From contig CM082588.2 of the NCBI GenBank assembly GCA_040954595.2, positions 1-64,000 of the forward strand: DNA of 64,000 nucleotides, written 5' to 3'. Each line of letters starts with the position of its first letter. The stretch's first letter is position 1. Source of the stretch: Balanoglossus misakiensis (lineage: Eukaryota > Animalia > Hemichordata). Shown in pieces: positions 11,901-23,900 of this stretch. The notes below the pieces were generated by a model that saw only the letters and a program-made list of their open reading frames with translations, ran no database searches and was not told the DNA's origin. Position numbers and translations under genes: made by a program.

Positions 11901-14900
11901 CCGAAACGCCGCCGTGAAAGGGGGCCAAGTCGCGTCGGACTTTCAGCCGAAACGCCGCCGTGAAAGGGGGCCAAGTCGCGCCGGACTTTCAGACGGAACG
12001 CCGCCGTGAAAGGGGGCCAAGTCGCGCTGGACTTTCAGCCGGAACGCCGCCGTGAAAGGGGTCCAAGTCGCGCTGGACTTTCAGCCGGAACGCCGCCGTG
12101 AAAGGGGTCCAAGTCGCGCTGGACTTTCAGCCGGAACGCCGCCGTGAAAGGGGGCCAAGTCGCGCTGGACTTTCAGCCGGAACGCCGCCGTGAAAGGGGG
12201 CCAAGTCGCGCCGGACTTTCAGCCGGAACGCCGCCGTGAAAGGGGGCCAAGTCGCGCCGGACTTTCAGCCGGAACGCCGCCGTGAAAGGGGCGGAACGCC
12301 GCCGTGAAAGGGGGCCAAGTCGCGCCGGACTTTAAGCCGAAACGCCGCCGTGAAAGGGGGCCAAGTCGCGCCGGACTTTCAGCCGGAACGCCGCCGTGAA
12401 AGGGGGCCAAGTCGCGCCGGACTTTCAGCCGGAACGCCGCCGTGAAAGGGGGCCAAGTCGCGCCGGACTTTCAGCCGGAACACCGCCGTGAAAGGGGGCC
12501 AAGTCGCGCCGGACTTTCAGCCGGAACGCCGCCGTGAAAGGGGTCCAAGTCGCGCCGGACTTTCAGACGGAACGCCGCCGTGAAAGGGGGCCAAGTCGCG
12601 CTGGACTTTCAGCCGGAACGCCGCCGTGAAAGGGGTCCAAGTCGCGCCGGACTTTAAGCCGAAACGCCGCCGTGAAAGGGGGCCAAGTCGCGCCGGACTT
12701 TCAGCCGGAACGCCGCCGTGAAAGGGGGCCAAGTCGCGCCGGACTTTCAGCCGAAACGCCGCCGTGAAAGGGGGCCAAGTCGCGCCGGACTTTCAGCCGA
12801 AACGCCGCCGTGAAAGGGGGCCAAGTCGCGCCGGACTTTCAGCCGAAACGCCGCCGTGAAAGGGGGCCAAGTCGCGCCGGACTTTCAGACGGAACGCCGC
12901 CGTGAAAGGGGGCCAAGTCGCGCCGGACTTTCAGCCGGAACGCCGCCGTGAAAGGGGGCCAAGTCGCGCCGGACTTTCAGCCGGAACGCCGCCGTGAAAG
13001 GGGCGGAACGCCGCCGTGAAAGGGGGCCAAGTCGCGCCGGACTTTCAGCCGGAACGCCGCCGTGAAAGGGGGCCAAGTCGCGCCGGACTTTCAGCCGGAA
13101 CGCCGCCGTGAAAGGGGCGGAACGCCGCCGTGAAAGGGGGCCAAGTCGCGCCGGACTTTCAGCCGAAACGCCGCCGTGAAAGGGGGCCAAGTCGCGCCGG
13201 ACTTTCAGCCGAAACGCCGCCGTGAAAGGGGGCCAAGTCGCGCCGGACTTTCAGCCGAAACGCCGCCGTGAAAGGGGGCCAAGTCGCGCCGGACTTTCAG
13301 CCGAAACGCCGCCGTGAAAGGGGGCCAAGTCGCGCCGGACTTTCAGACGGAACGCCGCCGTGAAAGGGGGCCAAGTCGCACCGGACTTTCAGCCGAAACG
13401 CCGCCGTGAAAGGGGGCCAAGTCGCGCCGGACTTTCAGCCGAAACGCCGCCGTGAAAGGGGGCCAAGTCGCGCCGGACTTTCAGCCGAAACGCCGCCGTG
13501 AAAGGGGGCCAAGTCGCGCCGGACTTTCAGACGGAACGCCGCCGTGAAAGGGGGCCAAGTCGCGCCGGACTTTCAGCCGGAACGCCGCCGTGAAAGGGGG
13601 CCAAGTCGCGCCGGACTTTCAGCCGGAACGCCGCCGTGAAAGGGGCGGAACGCCGCCGTGAAAGGGGGCCAAGTCGCGCCGGACTTTCAGCCGAAACGCC
13701 GCCGTGAAAGGGGGCCAAGTCGCGCCGGACTTTCAGCCGGAACGCCGCCGTGAAAGGGGCGGAACGCCGCCGTGAAAGGGGGCCAAGTCGCGCCGGACTT
13801 TCAGCCAAAACGCCGCCGTGAAAGGGGGCCAAGTCGCGCCGGACTTTCAGCCGAAACGCCGCCGTGAAAGGGGGCCAAGTCGCGTCGGACTTTCAGCCGA
13901 AACGCCGCCGTGAAAGGGGGCCAAGTCGCGCCGGACTTTCAGCCGAAACGCCGCCGTGAAAGGGGGCCAAGTCGCGCCGGACTTTCAGCCGAAACGCCGC
14001 CGTGAAAGGGGGCCAAGTCGCGCCGGACTTTCAGACGGAACGCCGCCGTGAAAGGGGGCCAAGTCGCGCCGGACTTTCAGCCGGAACGCCGCCGTGAAAG
14101 GGGGCCAAGTCGCGCCGGACTTTCAGCCGGAACGCCGCCGTGAAAGGGGCGGAACGCCGCCGTGAAAGGGGGCCAAGTCGCGCCGGACTTTCAGCCGGAA
14201 CGCCGCCGTGAAAGGGGGCCAAGTCGCGCCGGACTTTCAGCCGGAACGCCGCCGTGAAAGGGGCGGAACGCCGCCGTGAAAGGGGGCCAAGTCGCGCCGG
14301 ACTTTAAGCCGAAACGCCGCCGTGAAAGGGGGCCAAGTCGCGCCGGACTTTCAGCCGGAACGCCGCCGTGAAAGGGGGCCAAGTCGCGCCGGACTTTCAG
14401 CCGGAACGCCGCCGTGAAAGGGGGCCAAGTCGCGCCGGACTTTCAGCCGGAACGCCGCCGTGAAAGGGGGCCAAGTCGCGCCGGACTTTAAGCCGGAACG
14501 CCGCCGTGAAAGGGGTCCAAGTCGCGCCGGACTTTCAGACGGAACGCCGCCGTGAAAGGGGGCCAAGTCGCGCTGGACTTTCAGCCGGAACGCCGCCGTG
14601 AAAGGGGTCCAAGTCGCGCCGGACTTTAAGCCGAAACGCCGCCGTGAAAGGGGGCCAAGTCGCGCCGGACTTTCAGCCGGAACGCCGCCGTGAAAGGGGG
14701 CCAAGTCGCGCCGGACTTTCAGCCGAAACGCCGCCGTGAAAGGGGGCCAAGTCGCGCCGGACTTTCAGCCGAAACGCCGCCGTGAAAGGGGGCCAAGTCG
14801 CGCCGGACTTTCAGCCGAAACGCCGCCGTGAAAGGGGGCCAAGTCGCGCCGGACTTTCAGACGGAACGCCGCCGTGAAAGGGGGCCAAGTCGCGCCGGAC

Positions 14901-17900
14901 TTTCAGCCGGAACGCCGCCGTGAAAGGGGGCCAAGTCGCGCCGGACTTTCAGCCGGAACGCCGCCGTGAAAGGGGCGGAACGCCGCCGTGAAAGGGGGCC
15001 AAGTCGCGCCGGACTTTCAGCCGAAACGCCGCCGTGAAAGGGGGCCAAGTCGCGCCGGACTTTCAGCCGGAACGCCGCCGTGAAAGGGGGCCAAGTCGCG
15101 CCGGACTTTCAGCCGAAACGCCGCCGTGAAAGGGGGCCAAGTCGCGCCGGACTTTCAGCCGAAACGCCGCCGTGAAAGGGGGCCAAGTCGCGCCGGACTT
15201 TCAGCCGAAACGCCGCCGTGAAAGGGGGCCAAGTCGCGCCGGACTTTCAGCCGGAACGCCGCCGTGAAAGGGGCGGAACGCCGCCGTGAAAGGGGGCCAA
15301 GTCGCGCCGGACTTTCAGCCGAAACGCCGCCGTGAAAGGGGGCCAAGTCGCGCCGGACTTTCAGCCGAAACGCCGCCGTGAAAGGGGGCCAAGTCGCGCC
15401 GGACTTTCAGCCGAAACGCCGCCGTGAAAGGGGGCCAAGTCGCGCCGGACTTTATGCCGAAACGCCGCCGTGAAAGGGGGCCAAGTCGCGCCGGACTTTC
15501 AGACGGAACGCCGCCGTGAAAGGGGGCCAAGTCGCGCCGGACTTTCAGCCGAAACGCCGCCGTGAAAGGGGGCCAAGTCGCGCCGGACTTTCAGCCGAAA
15601 CGCCGCCGTGAAAGGGGGCCAAGTCGCGCCGGACTTTCAGCCGAAACGCCGCCGTGAAAGGGGGCCAAGTCGCGCCGGACTTTCAGACGGAACGCCGCCG
15701 TGAAAGGGGGCCAAGTCGCGCCGGACTTTCAGCCGGAACGCCGCCGTGAAAGGGGGCCAAGTCGCGCCGGACTTTCAGCCGGAACGCCGCCGTGAAAGGG
15801 GCGGAACGCCGCCGTGAAAGGGGGCCAAGTCGCGCCGGACTTTCAGCCGAAACGCCGCCGTGAAAGGGGGCCAAGTCGCGCCGGACTTTCAGCCGGAACG
15901 CCGCCGTGAAAAGGGGCCAAGTCGCGCCGGACTTTCAGCCGGAACGCCGCCGTGAAAGGGGGCCAAGTCGCGCCGGACTTTCAGCCGGAACGCCGCCGTG
16001 AAAGGGGGCCAAGTCGCGCCGGACTTTCAGCCGGAACGCCGCCGTGAAAGGGGTCCAAGTCGCGCCGGACTTTCAGCCGAAACGCCGCCGTGAAAGGGGT
16101 CCAAGTCGCGCCGGACTTTCAGCCGGAACGCCGCCGTGAAAGGGGGCCAAGTCGCGCCGGACTTTCAGCCGGAACGCCGCCGTGAAAGGGGGCCAAGTCG
16201 CGCCGGACTTTCAGCCGGAACGCCGCCGTGAAAGGGGGCCAAGTCGCGCCGGACTTTCAGCCGAAACGCCGCCGTGAAAGGGGGCCAAGTCGCGCCGGAC
16301 TTTCAGCCGAAACGCCGCCGTGAAAGGGGGCTAAGTCGCGCCGGACTTTCAGCCGAAACGCCGCCGTGAAAGGGGGCCAAGTCGCGCCGGACTTTCAGCC
16401 GAAACGCCGCCGTGAAAGGGGGCCAAGTCGCGCCGGACTTTCAGACGGAACGCCGCCGTGAAAGGGGGCCAAGTCGCGCCGGACTTTCAGCCGGAACGCC
16501 GCCGTGAAAGGGGGCCAAGTCGCGCCGGACTTTCAGCCGGAACGCCGCCGTGAAAGGGGGCCAAGTCGCGCCGGACTTTCAGCCGGAACGCCGCCGTGAA
16601 AGGGGGCCAAGTCGCGCCGGACTTTCAGCCGGAACGCCGCCGTGAAAGGGGGCCAAGTCGCGCCGGACTTTCAGCCGAAACGCCGCCGTGAAAGGGGGCC
16701 AAGTCGCGCCGGACTTTCAGCCGAAACGCCGCCGTGAAAGGGGGCTAAGTCGCGCCGGACTTTCAGCCGAAACGCCGCCGTGAAAGGGGGCCAAGTCGCG
16801 CCGGACTTTCAGCCGGAACGCCGCCGTGAAAGGGGGCCAAGTCGCGCCGGACTTTCAGCCGGAACGCCGCCGTGAAAGGGGGCCAAGTCGCGCCGGACTT
16901 TCAGCCGGAACGCCGCCGTGAAAGGGGTCCAAGTCGCGCCGGACTTTCAGACGGAACGCCGCCGTGAAAGGGGGCCAAGTCGCGCTGGACTTTCAGCCGG
17001 AACGCCGCCGTGAAAGGGGTCCAAGTCGCGCCGGACTTTAAGCCGGAACGCCGCCGTGAAAGGGGGCCAAGTCGCGCCGGACTTTCAGCCGAAACGCCGC
17101 CATGAAAGGGGGCCAAGTCGCGCCGGACTTTCAGCCGAAACGCCGCCGTGAAAGGGGGCCAAGTCGCGCCGGACTTTCAGCCGAAACGCCGCCGTGAAAG
17201 GGGGCCAAGTCGCGCCGGACTTTCAGCCGAAACGCCGCCGTGAAAGGGGGCCAAGTCGCGCCGGACTTTCAGACGGAACGCCGCCGTGAAAGGGGGCCAA
17301 GTCGCGCCGGACTTTCAGCCGGAACGCCGCCGTGAAAGGGGGCCAAGTCGCGCCGGACTTTCAGCCGGAACGCCGCCGTGAAAGGGGCGGAACGCCGCCG
17401 TGAAAGGGGGCCAAGTCGCGCCGGACTTTCAGCCGAAACGCCGCCGTGAAAGGGGGCCAAGTCGCGCCGGACTTTCAGCCGGAACGCCGCCGTGAAAGGG
17501 GGCCAAGTCACGCCGGACTTTCAGCCGAACGCCGCCGTGAAAGGGGGCCAAGTCGCGCCGGATTTTCAGCCGGAACGCCGCCGTGAAAGGGGGCCAAGTC
17601 GCGCCGGACTTTCAGCCGGAACGCCGCCGTGAAAGGGGTCCAAGTCGCGCCGGACTTTCAGACGGAACGCCGCCGTGAAAGGGGGCCAAGTCGCGCTGGA
17701 CTTTCAGCCGGAACGCCGCCGTGAAAGGGGTCCAAGTCGCGCCGGACTTTAAGCCGAAACGCCACCGTGAAAGGGGTCCAAGTCGCGCCGGACTTTCAGC
17801 CGAAACGCCGCCGTGAAAGGGGGCCAAGTCGCGCCGGACTTTCAGCCGGAACGCCGCCGTGAAAGGGGGCCAAGTCGCGCCGGACTTTCAGCCGGAACGC

Positions 17901-20900
17901 CGCCGTGAAAGGGGGCCAAGTCGCGCCGGACTTTCAGCCGGAACGCCGCCGTGAAAGGGGCGGAACGCCGCCGTGAAAGGGGGCCAAGTCGCGCCGGACT
18001 TTCAGCCGAAACGCCGCCGTGAAAGGGGGCCAAGTCGCGTCGGACTTTCAGCCGAAACGCCGCCGTGAAAGGGGGCCAAGTCGCGCCGGACTTTCAGCCG
18101 GAACGCCGCCGTGAAAGGGGGCCAAGTCGCGCCGGACTTTCAGCCGGAACGCCGCCGTGAAAGGGGGCCAAGTCGCGCCGGACTTTCAGCCGGAACGCCG
18201 CCGTGAAAGGGGGCCAAGTCGCGCCGGACTTTCAGCCGGAACGCCGCCGTGAAAGGGGTCCAAGTCGCGCCGGACTTTCAGCCGGAACGCCGCCGTGAAA
18301 GGGGTCCAAGTCGCGCCGGACTTTCAGACGGAACGCCGCCGTGAAAGGGGGCCAAGTCGCGCTGGACTTTCAGCCGGAACGCCGCCGTGAAAGGGGTCCA
18401 AGTCGCGCTGGACTTTCAGCCGGAACGCCGCCGTGAAAGGGGTCCAAGTCGCGCTGGACTTTCAGCCGGAACGCCGCCGTGAAAGGGGTCCAAGTCGCGC
18501 CGGACTTTAAGCCGAAACGCCGCCGTGAAAGGGGGCCAAGTCGCGCCGGACTTTCAGCCGGAACGCCGCCGTGAAAGGGGCGGAACGCCGCCGTGAAAGG
18601 GGGCCAAGACGCGCCGGACTTTCAGCCGAAACGCCGCCGTGAAAGGGGGCCAAGTCGCGCCGGACTTTCAGCCGGAACGCCGCCGTGAAAGGGGGCCAAG
18701 TCGCGCCGGACTTTCAGCCGGAACGCCGCCGTGAAAGGGGGCCAAGTCGCGCCGGACTTTCAGCCGGAACGCCGCCGTGAAAGGGGGCCAAGTCGCGCCG
18801 GACTTTCAGCCGGAACGCCGCCGTGAAAGGGGCGGAACGCCGCCGTGAAAGGGGGCCAAGTCGCGCCGGACTTTCAGCCAAAACGCCGCCGTGAAAGGGG
18901 GCCAAGTCGCGCCGGACTTTCAGCCGAAACGCCGCCGTGAAAGGGGGCCAAGTCGCGTCGGACTTTCAGCCGAAACGCCGCCGTGAAAGGGGGCCAAGTC
19001 GCGCCGGACTTTCAGCCGGAACGCCGCCGTGAAAGGGGTCCAAGTCGCGCCGGACTTTCAGACGGAACGCCGCCGTGAAAGGGGGCCAAGTCGCGCTGGA
19101 CTTTCAGCCGGAACGCCGCCGTGAAAGGGGTCCAAGTCGCGCCGGACTTTAAGCCGAAACGCCGCCGTGAAAGGGGTCCAAGTCGCGCCGGACTTTCAGC
19201 CGAAACGCCGCCGTGAAAGGGGGCCAAGTCGCGCCGGACTTTCAGCCGGAACGCCGCCGTGAAAGGGGGCCAAGTCGCGCCGGACTTTCAGCCGAAACGC
19301 CGCCGTGAAAGGGGGCCAAGTCGCGCCGGACTTTCAGCCGAAACGCCGCCGTGAAAGGGGGCCAAGTCGCGCCGGACTTTCAGCCGAAACGCCGCCGTGA
19401 AAGGGGGCCAAGTCGCGCCGGACTTTCAGACGGAACGCCGCCGTGAAAGGGGGCAAAGTCGCGCCGGACTTTCAGCCGGAACGCCGCCGTGAAAGGGGGC
19501 CAAGTCGCGCCGGACTTTCAGCCGGAACGCCGCCGTGAAAGGGGCGGAACGCCGCCGTGAAAGGGGGCCAAGTCGCGCCGGACTTTCAGCCGAAACGCCG
19601 CCGTGAAAGGGGGCCAAGTCGCGCCGGACTTTCAGCCGGAACGCCGCCGTGAAAGGGGGCCAAGTCGCGCCGGACTTTCAGCCGGAACGCCGCCGTGAAA
19701 GGGGGCCAAGTCGCGCCGGACTTTCAGCCGGAACGCCGCCGTGAAAGGGGGCCAAGTCGCGCCGGACTTTCAGCCGGAACGCCGCCGTGAAAGGGGTCCA
19801 AGTCGCGCCGGACTTTCAGACGGAACGCCGCCGTGAAAGGGGGCCAAGTCGCGCTGGACTTTCAGCCGGAACGCCGCCGTGAAAGGGGTCCAAGTCGCGC
19901 CGGACTTTAAGCCGGAACGCCGCCGTGAAAGGGGGCCAAGTCGCGCCGGACTTTCAGCCGAAACGCCGCCATGAAAGGGGGCCAAGTCGCGCCGGACTTT
20001 CAGCCGAAACGCCGCCGTGAAAGGGGGCCAAGTCGCGCCGGACTTTCAGCCGAAACGCCGCCGTGAAAGGGGGCCAAGTCGCGCCGGACTTTCAGCCGAA
20101 ACGCCGCCGTGAAAGGGGGCCAAGTCGCGCCGGACTTTCAGACGGAACGCCGCCGTGAAAGGGGGCCAAGTCGCGCCGGACTTTCAGCCGGAACGCCGCC
20201 GTGAAAGGGGCGGAACGCCGCCGTGAAAGGGGGCCAAGTCGCGCCGGACTTTCAGCCGAAACGCCGCCGTGAAAGGGGGCCAAGTCGCGCCGGACTTTCA
20301 GCCGGAACGCCGCCGTGAAAGGGGGCCAAGTCACGCCGGACTTTCAGCCGAACGCCGCCGTGAAAGGGGGCCAAGTCGCGCCGGACTTTCAGCCGGAACG
20401 CCGCCGTGAAAGGGGGCCAAGTCACGCCGGACTTTCAGCCGAACGCCGCCGTGAAAGGGGGCCAAGTCGCGCCGGATTTTCAGCCGGAACGCCGCCGTGA
20501 AAGGGGGCCAAGTCGCGCCGGACTTTCAGCCGGAACGCCGCCGTGAAAGGGGTCCAAGTCGCGCCGGACTTTCAGACGGAACGCCGCCGTGAAAGGGGGC
20601 CAAGTCGCGCTGGACTTTCAGCCGGAACGCCGCCGTGAAAGGGGTCCAAGTCGCGCCGGACTTTAAGCCGAAACGCCACCGTGAAAGGGGTCCAAGTCGC
20701 GCCGGACTTTCAGCCGAAACGCCGCCGTGAAAGGGGGCCAAGTCGCGCCGGACTTTCAGCCGGAACGCCGCCGTGAAAGGGGGCCAAGTCGCGCCGGACT
20801 TTCAGCCGGAACGCCGCCGTGAAAGGGGGCCAAGTCGCGCCGGACTTTCAGCCGGAACGCCGCCGTGAAAGGGGCGGAACGCCGCCGTGAAAGGGGGCCA

Positions 20901-23900
20901 AGTCGCGCCGGACTTTCAGCCGAAACGCCGCCGTGAAAGGGGGCCAAGTCGCGTCGGACTTTCAGCCGAAACGCCGCCGTGAAAGGGGGCCAAGTCGCGC
21001 CGGACTTTCAGCCGGAACGCCGCCGTGAAAGGGGGCCAAGTCGCGCCGGACTTTCAGCCGGAACGCCGCCGTGAAAGGGGGCCAAGTCGCGCCGGACTTT
21101 CAGCCGGAACGCCGCCGTGAAAGGGGGCCAAGTCGCGCCGGACTTTCAGCCGGAACGCCGCCGTGAAAGGGGTCCAAGTCGCGCCGGACTTTCAGCCGGA
21201 ACGCCGCCGTGAAAGGGGTCCAAGTCGCGCCGGACTTTCAGACGGAACGCCGCCGTGAAAGGGGGCCAAGTCGCGCTGGACTTTCAGCCGGAACGCCGCC
21301 GTGAAAGGGGTCCAAGTCGCGCTGGACTTTCAGCCGGAACGCCGCCGTGAAAGGGGTCCAAGTCGCGCTGGACTTTCAGCCGGAACGCCGCCGTGAAAGG
21401 GGTCCAAGTCGCGCCGGACTTTAAGCCGAAACGCCGCCGTGAAAGGGGGCCAAGTCGCGCCGGACTTTCAGCCGGAACGCCGCCGTGAAAGGGGCGGAAC
21501 GCCGCCGTGAAAGGGGGCCAAGTCGCGCCGGACTTTCAGCCGAAACGCCGCCGTGAAAGGGGGCCAAGTCGCGCCGGACTTTCAGCCGGAACGCCGCCGT
21601 GAAAGGGGGCCAAGTCGCGCCGGACTTTCAGCCGGAACGCCGCCGTGAAAGGGGGCCAAGTCGCGCCGGACTTTCAGCCGGAACGCCGCCGTGAAAGGGG
21701 GCCAAGTCGCGCCGGACTTTCAGCCGGAACGCCGCCGTGAAAGGGGCGGAACGCCGCCGTGAAAGGGGGCCAAGTCGCGCCGGACTTTCAGCCAAAACGC
21801 CGCCGTGAAAGGGGGCCAAGTCGCGCCGGACTTTCAGCCGAAACGCCGCCGTGAAAGGGGGCCAAGTCGCGTCGGACTTTCAGCCGAAACGCCGCCGTGA
21901 AAGGGGGCCAAGTCGCGCCGGACTTTCAGCCGGAACGCCGCCGTGAAAGGGGTCCAAGTCGCGCCGGACTTTCAGACGGAACGCCGCCGTGAAAGGGGGC
22001 CAAGTCGCGCTGGACTTTCAGCCGGAACGCCGCCGTGAAAGGGGTCCAAGTCGCGCCGGACTTTAAGCCGAAACGCCGCCGTGAAAGGGGTCCAAGTCGC
22101 GCCGGACTTTCAGCCGAAACGCCGCCGTGAAAGGGGGCCAAGTCGCGCCGGACTTTCAGCCGGAACGCCGCCGTGAAAGGGGGCCAAGTCGCGCCGGACT
22201 TTCAGCCGAAACGCCGCCGTGAAAGGGGGCCAAGTCGCGCCGGACTTTCAGCCGAAACGCCGCCGTGAAAGGGGGCCAAGTCGCGCCGGACTTTCAGCCG
22301 AAACGCCGCCGTGAAAGGGGGCCAAGTCGCGCCGGACTTTCAGACGGAACGCCGCCGTGAAAGGGGGCAAAGTCGCGCCGGACTTTCAGCCGGAACGCCG
22401 CCGTGAAAGGGGGCCAAGTCGCGCCGGACTTTCAGCCGGAACGCCGCCGTGAAAGGGGCGGAACGCCGCCGTGAAAGGGGGCCAAGTCGCGCCGGACTTT
22501 CAGCCGAAACGCCGCCGTGAAAGGGGGCCAAGTCGCGCCGGACTTTCAGCCGGAACGCCGCCGTGAAAGGGGGCCAAGTCGCGCCGGACTTTCAGCCGGA
22601 ACGCCGCCGTGAAAGGGGGCCAAGTCGCGCCGGACTTTCAGCCGGAACGCCGCCGTGAAAGGGGGCCAAGTCGCGCCGGACTTTCAGCCGGAACGCCGCC
22701 GTGAAAGGGGTCCAAGTCGCGCCGGACTTTCAGACGGAACGCCGCCGTGAAAGGGGGCCAAGTCGCGCTGGACTTTCAGCCGGAACGCCGCCGTGAAAGG
22801 GGTCCAAGTCGCGCCGGACTTTAAGCCGGAACGCCGCCGTGAAAGGGGGCCAAGTCGCGCCGGACTTTCAGCCGAAACGCCGCCATGAAAGGGGGCCAAG
22901 TCGCGCCGGACTTTCAGCCGAAACGCCGCCGTGAAAGGGGGCCAAGTCGCGCCGGACTTTCAGCCGAAACGCCGCCGTGAAAGGGGGCCAAGTCGCGCCG
23001 GACTTTCAGCCGAAACGCCGCCGTGAAAGGGGGCCAAGTCGCGCCGGACTTTCAGACGGAACGCCGCCGTGAAAGGGGGCCAAGTCGCGCCGGACTTTCA
23101 GCCGGAACGCCGCCGTGAAAGGGGGCCAAGTCGCGCCGGACTTTCAGCCGGAACGCCGCCGTGAAAGGGGCGGAACGCCGCCGTGAAAGGGGGCCAAGTC
23201 GCGCCGGACTTTCAGCCGAAACGCCGCCGTGAAAGGGGGCCAAGTCGCGCCGGACTTTCAGCCGGAACGCCGCCGTGAAAGGGGGCCAAGTCACGCCGGA
23301 CTTTCAGCCGAACGCCGCCGTGAAAGGGGGCCAAGTCGCGCCGGATTTTCAGCCGGAACGCCGCCGTGAAAGGGGGCCAAGTCGCGCCGGACTTTCAGCC
23401 GGAACGCCGCCGTGAAAGGGGTCCAAGTCGCGCCGGACTTTCAGACGGAACGCCGCCGTGAAAGGGGGCCAAGTCGCGCTGGACTTTCAGCCGGAACGCC
23501 GCCGTGAAAGGGGTCCAAGTCGCGCCGGACTTTAAGCCGAAACGCCACCGTGAAAGGGGTCCAAGTCGCGCCGGACTTTCAGCCGAAACGCCGCCGTGAA
23601 AGGGGGCCAAGTCGCGCCGGACTTTCAGCCGGAACGCCGCCGTGAAAGGGGGCCAAGTCGCGCCGGACTTTCAGCCGGAACGCCGCCGTGAAAGGGGGCC
23701 AAGTCGCGCCGGACTTTCAGCCGGAACGCCGCCGTGAAAGGGGTCCAAGTCGCGCCGGACTTTAAGACGGAACGCCGCCGTGAAAGGGGTCCAAGTCGCG
23801 CCGGACTTTAAGCCGGAACGCCGCCGTGAAAGGGGTCCAAGTCGCGCCGGACTTTCAGCCGAAACGCCGCCGTGAAAGGGGGCCAAGTCGCGCCGGACTT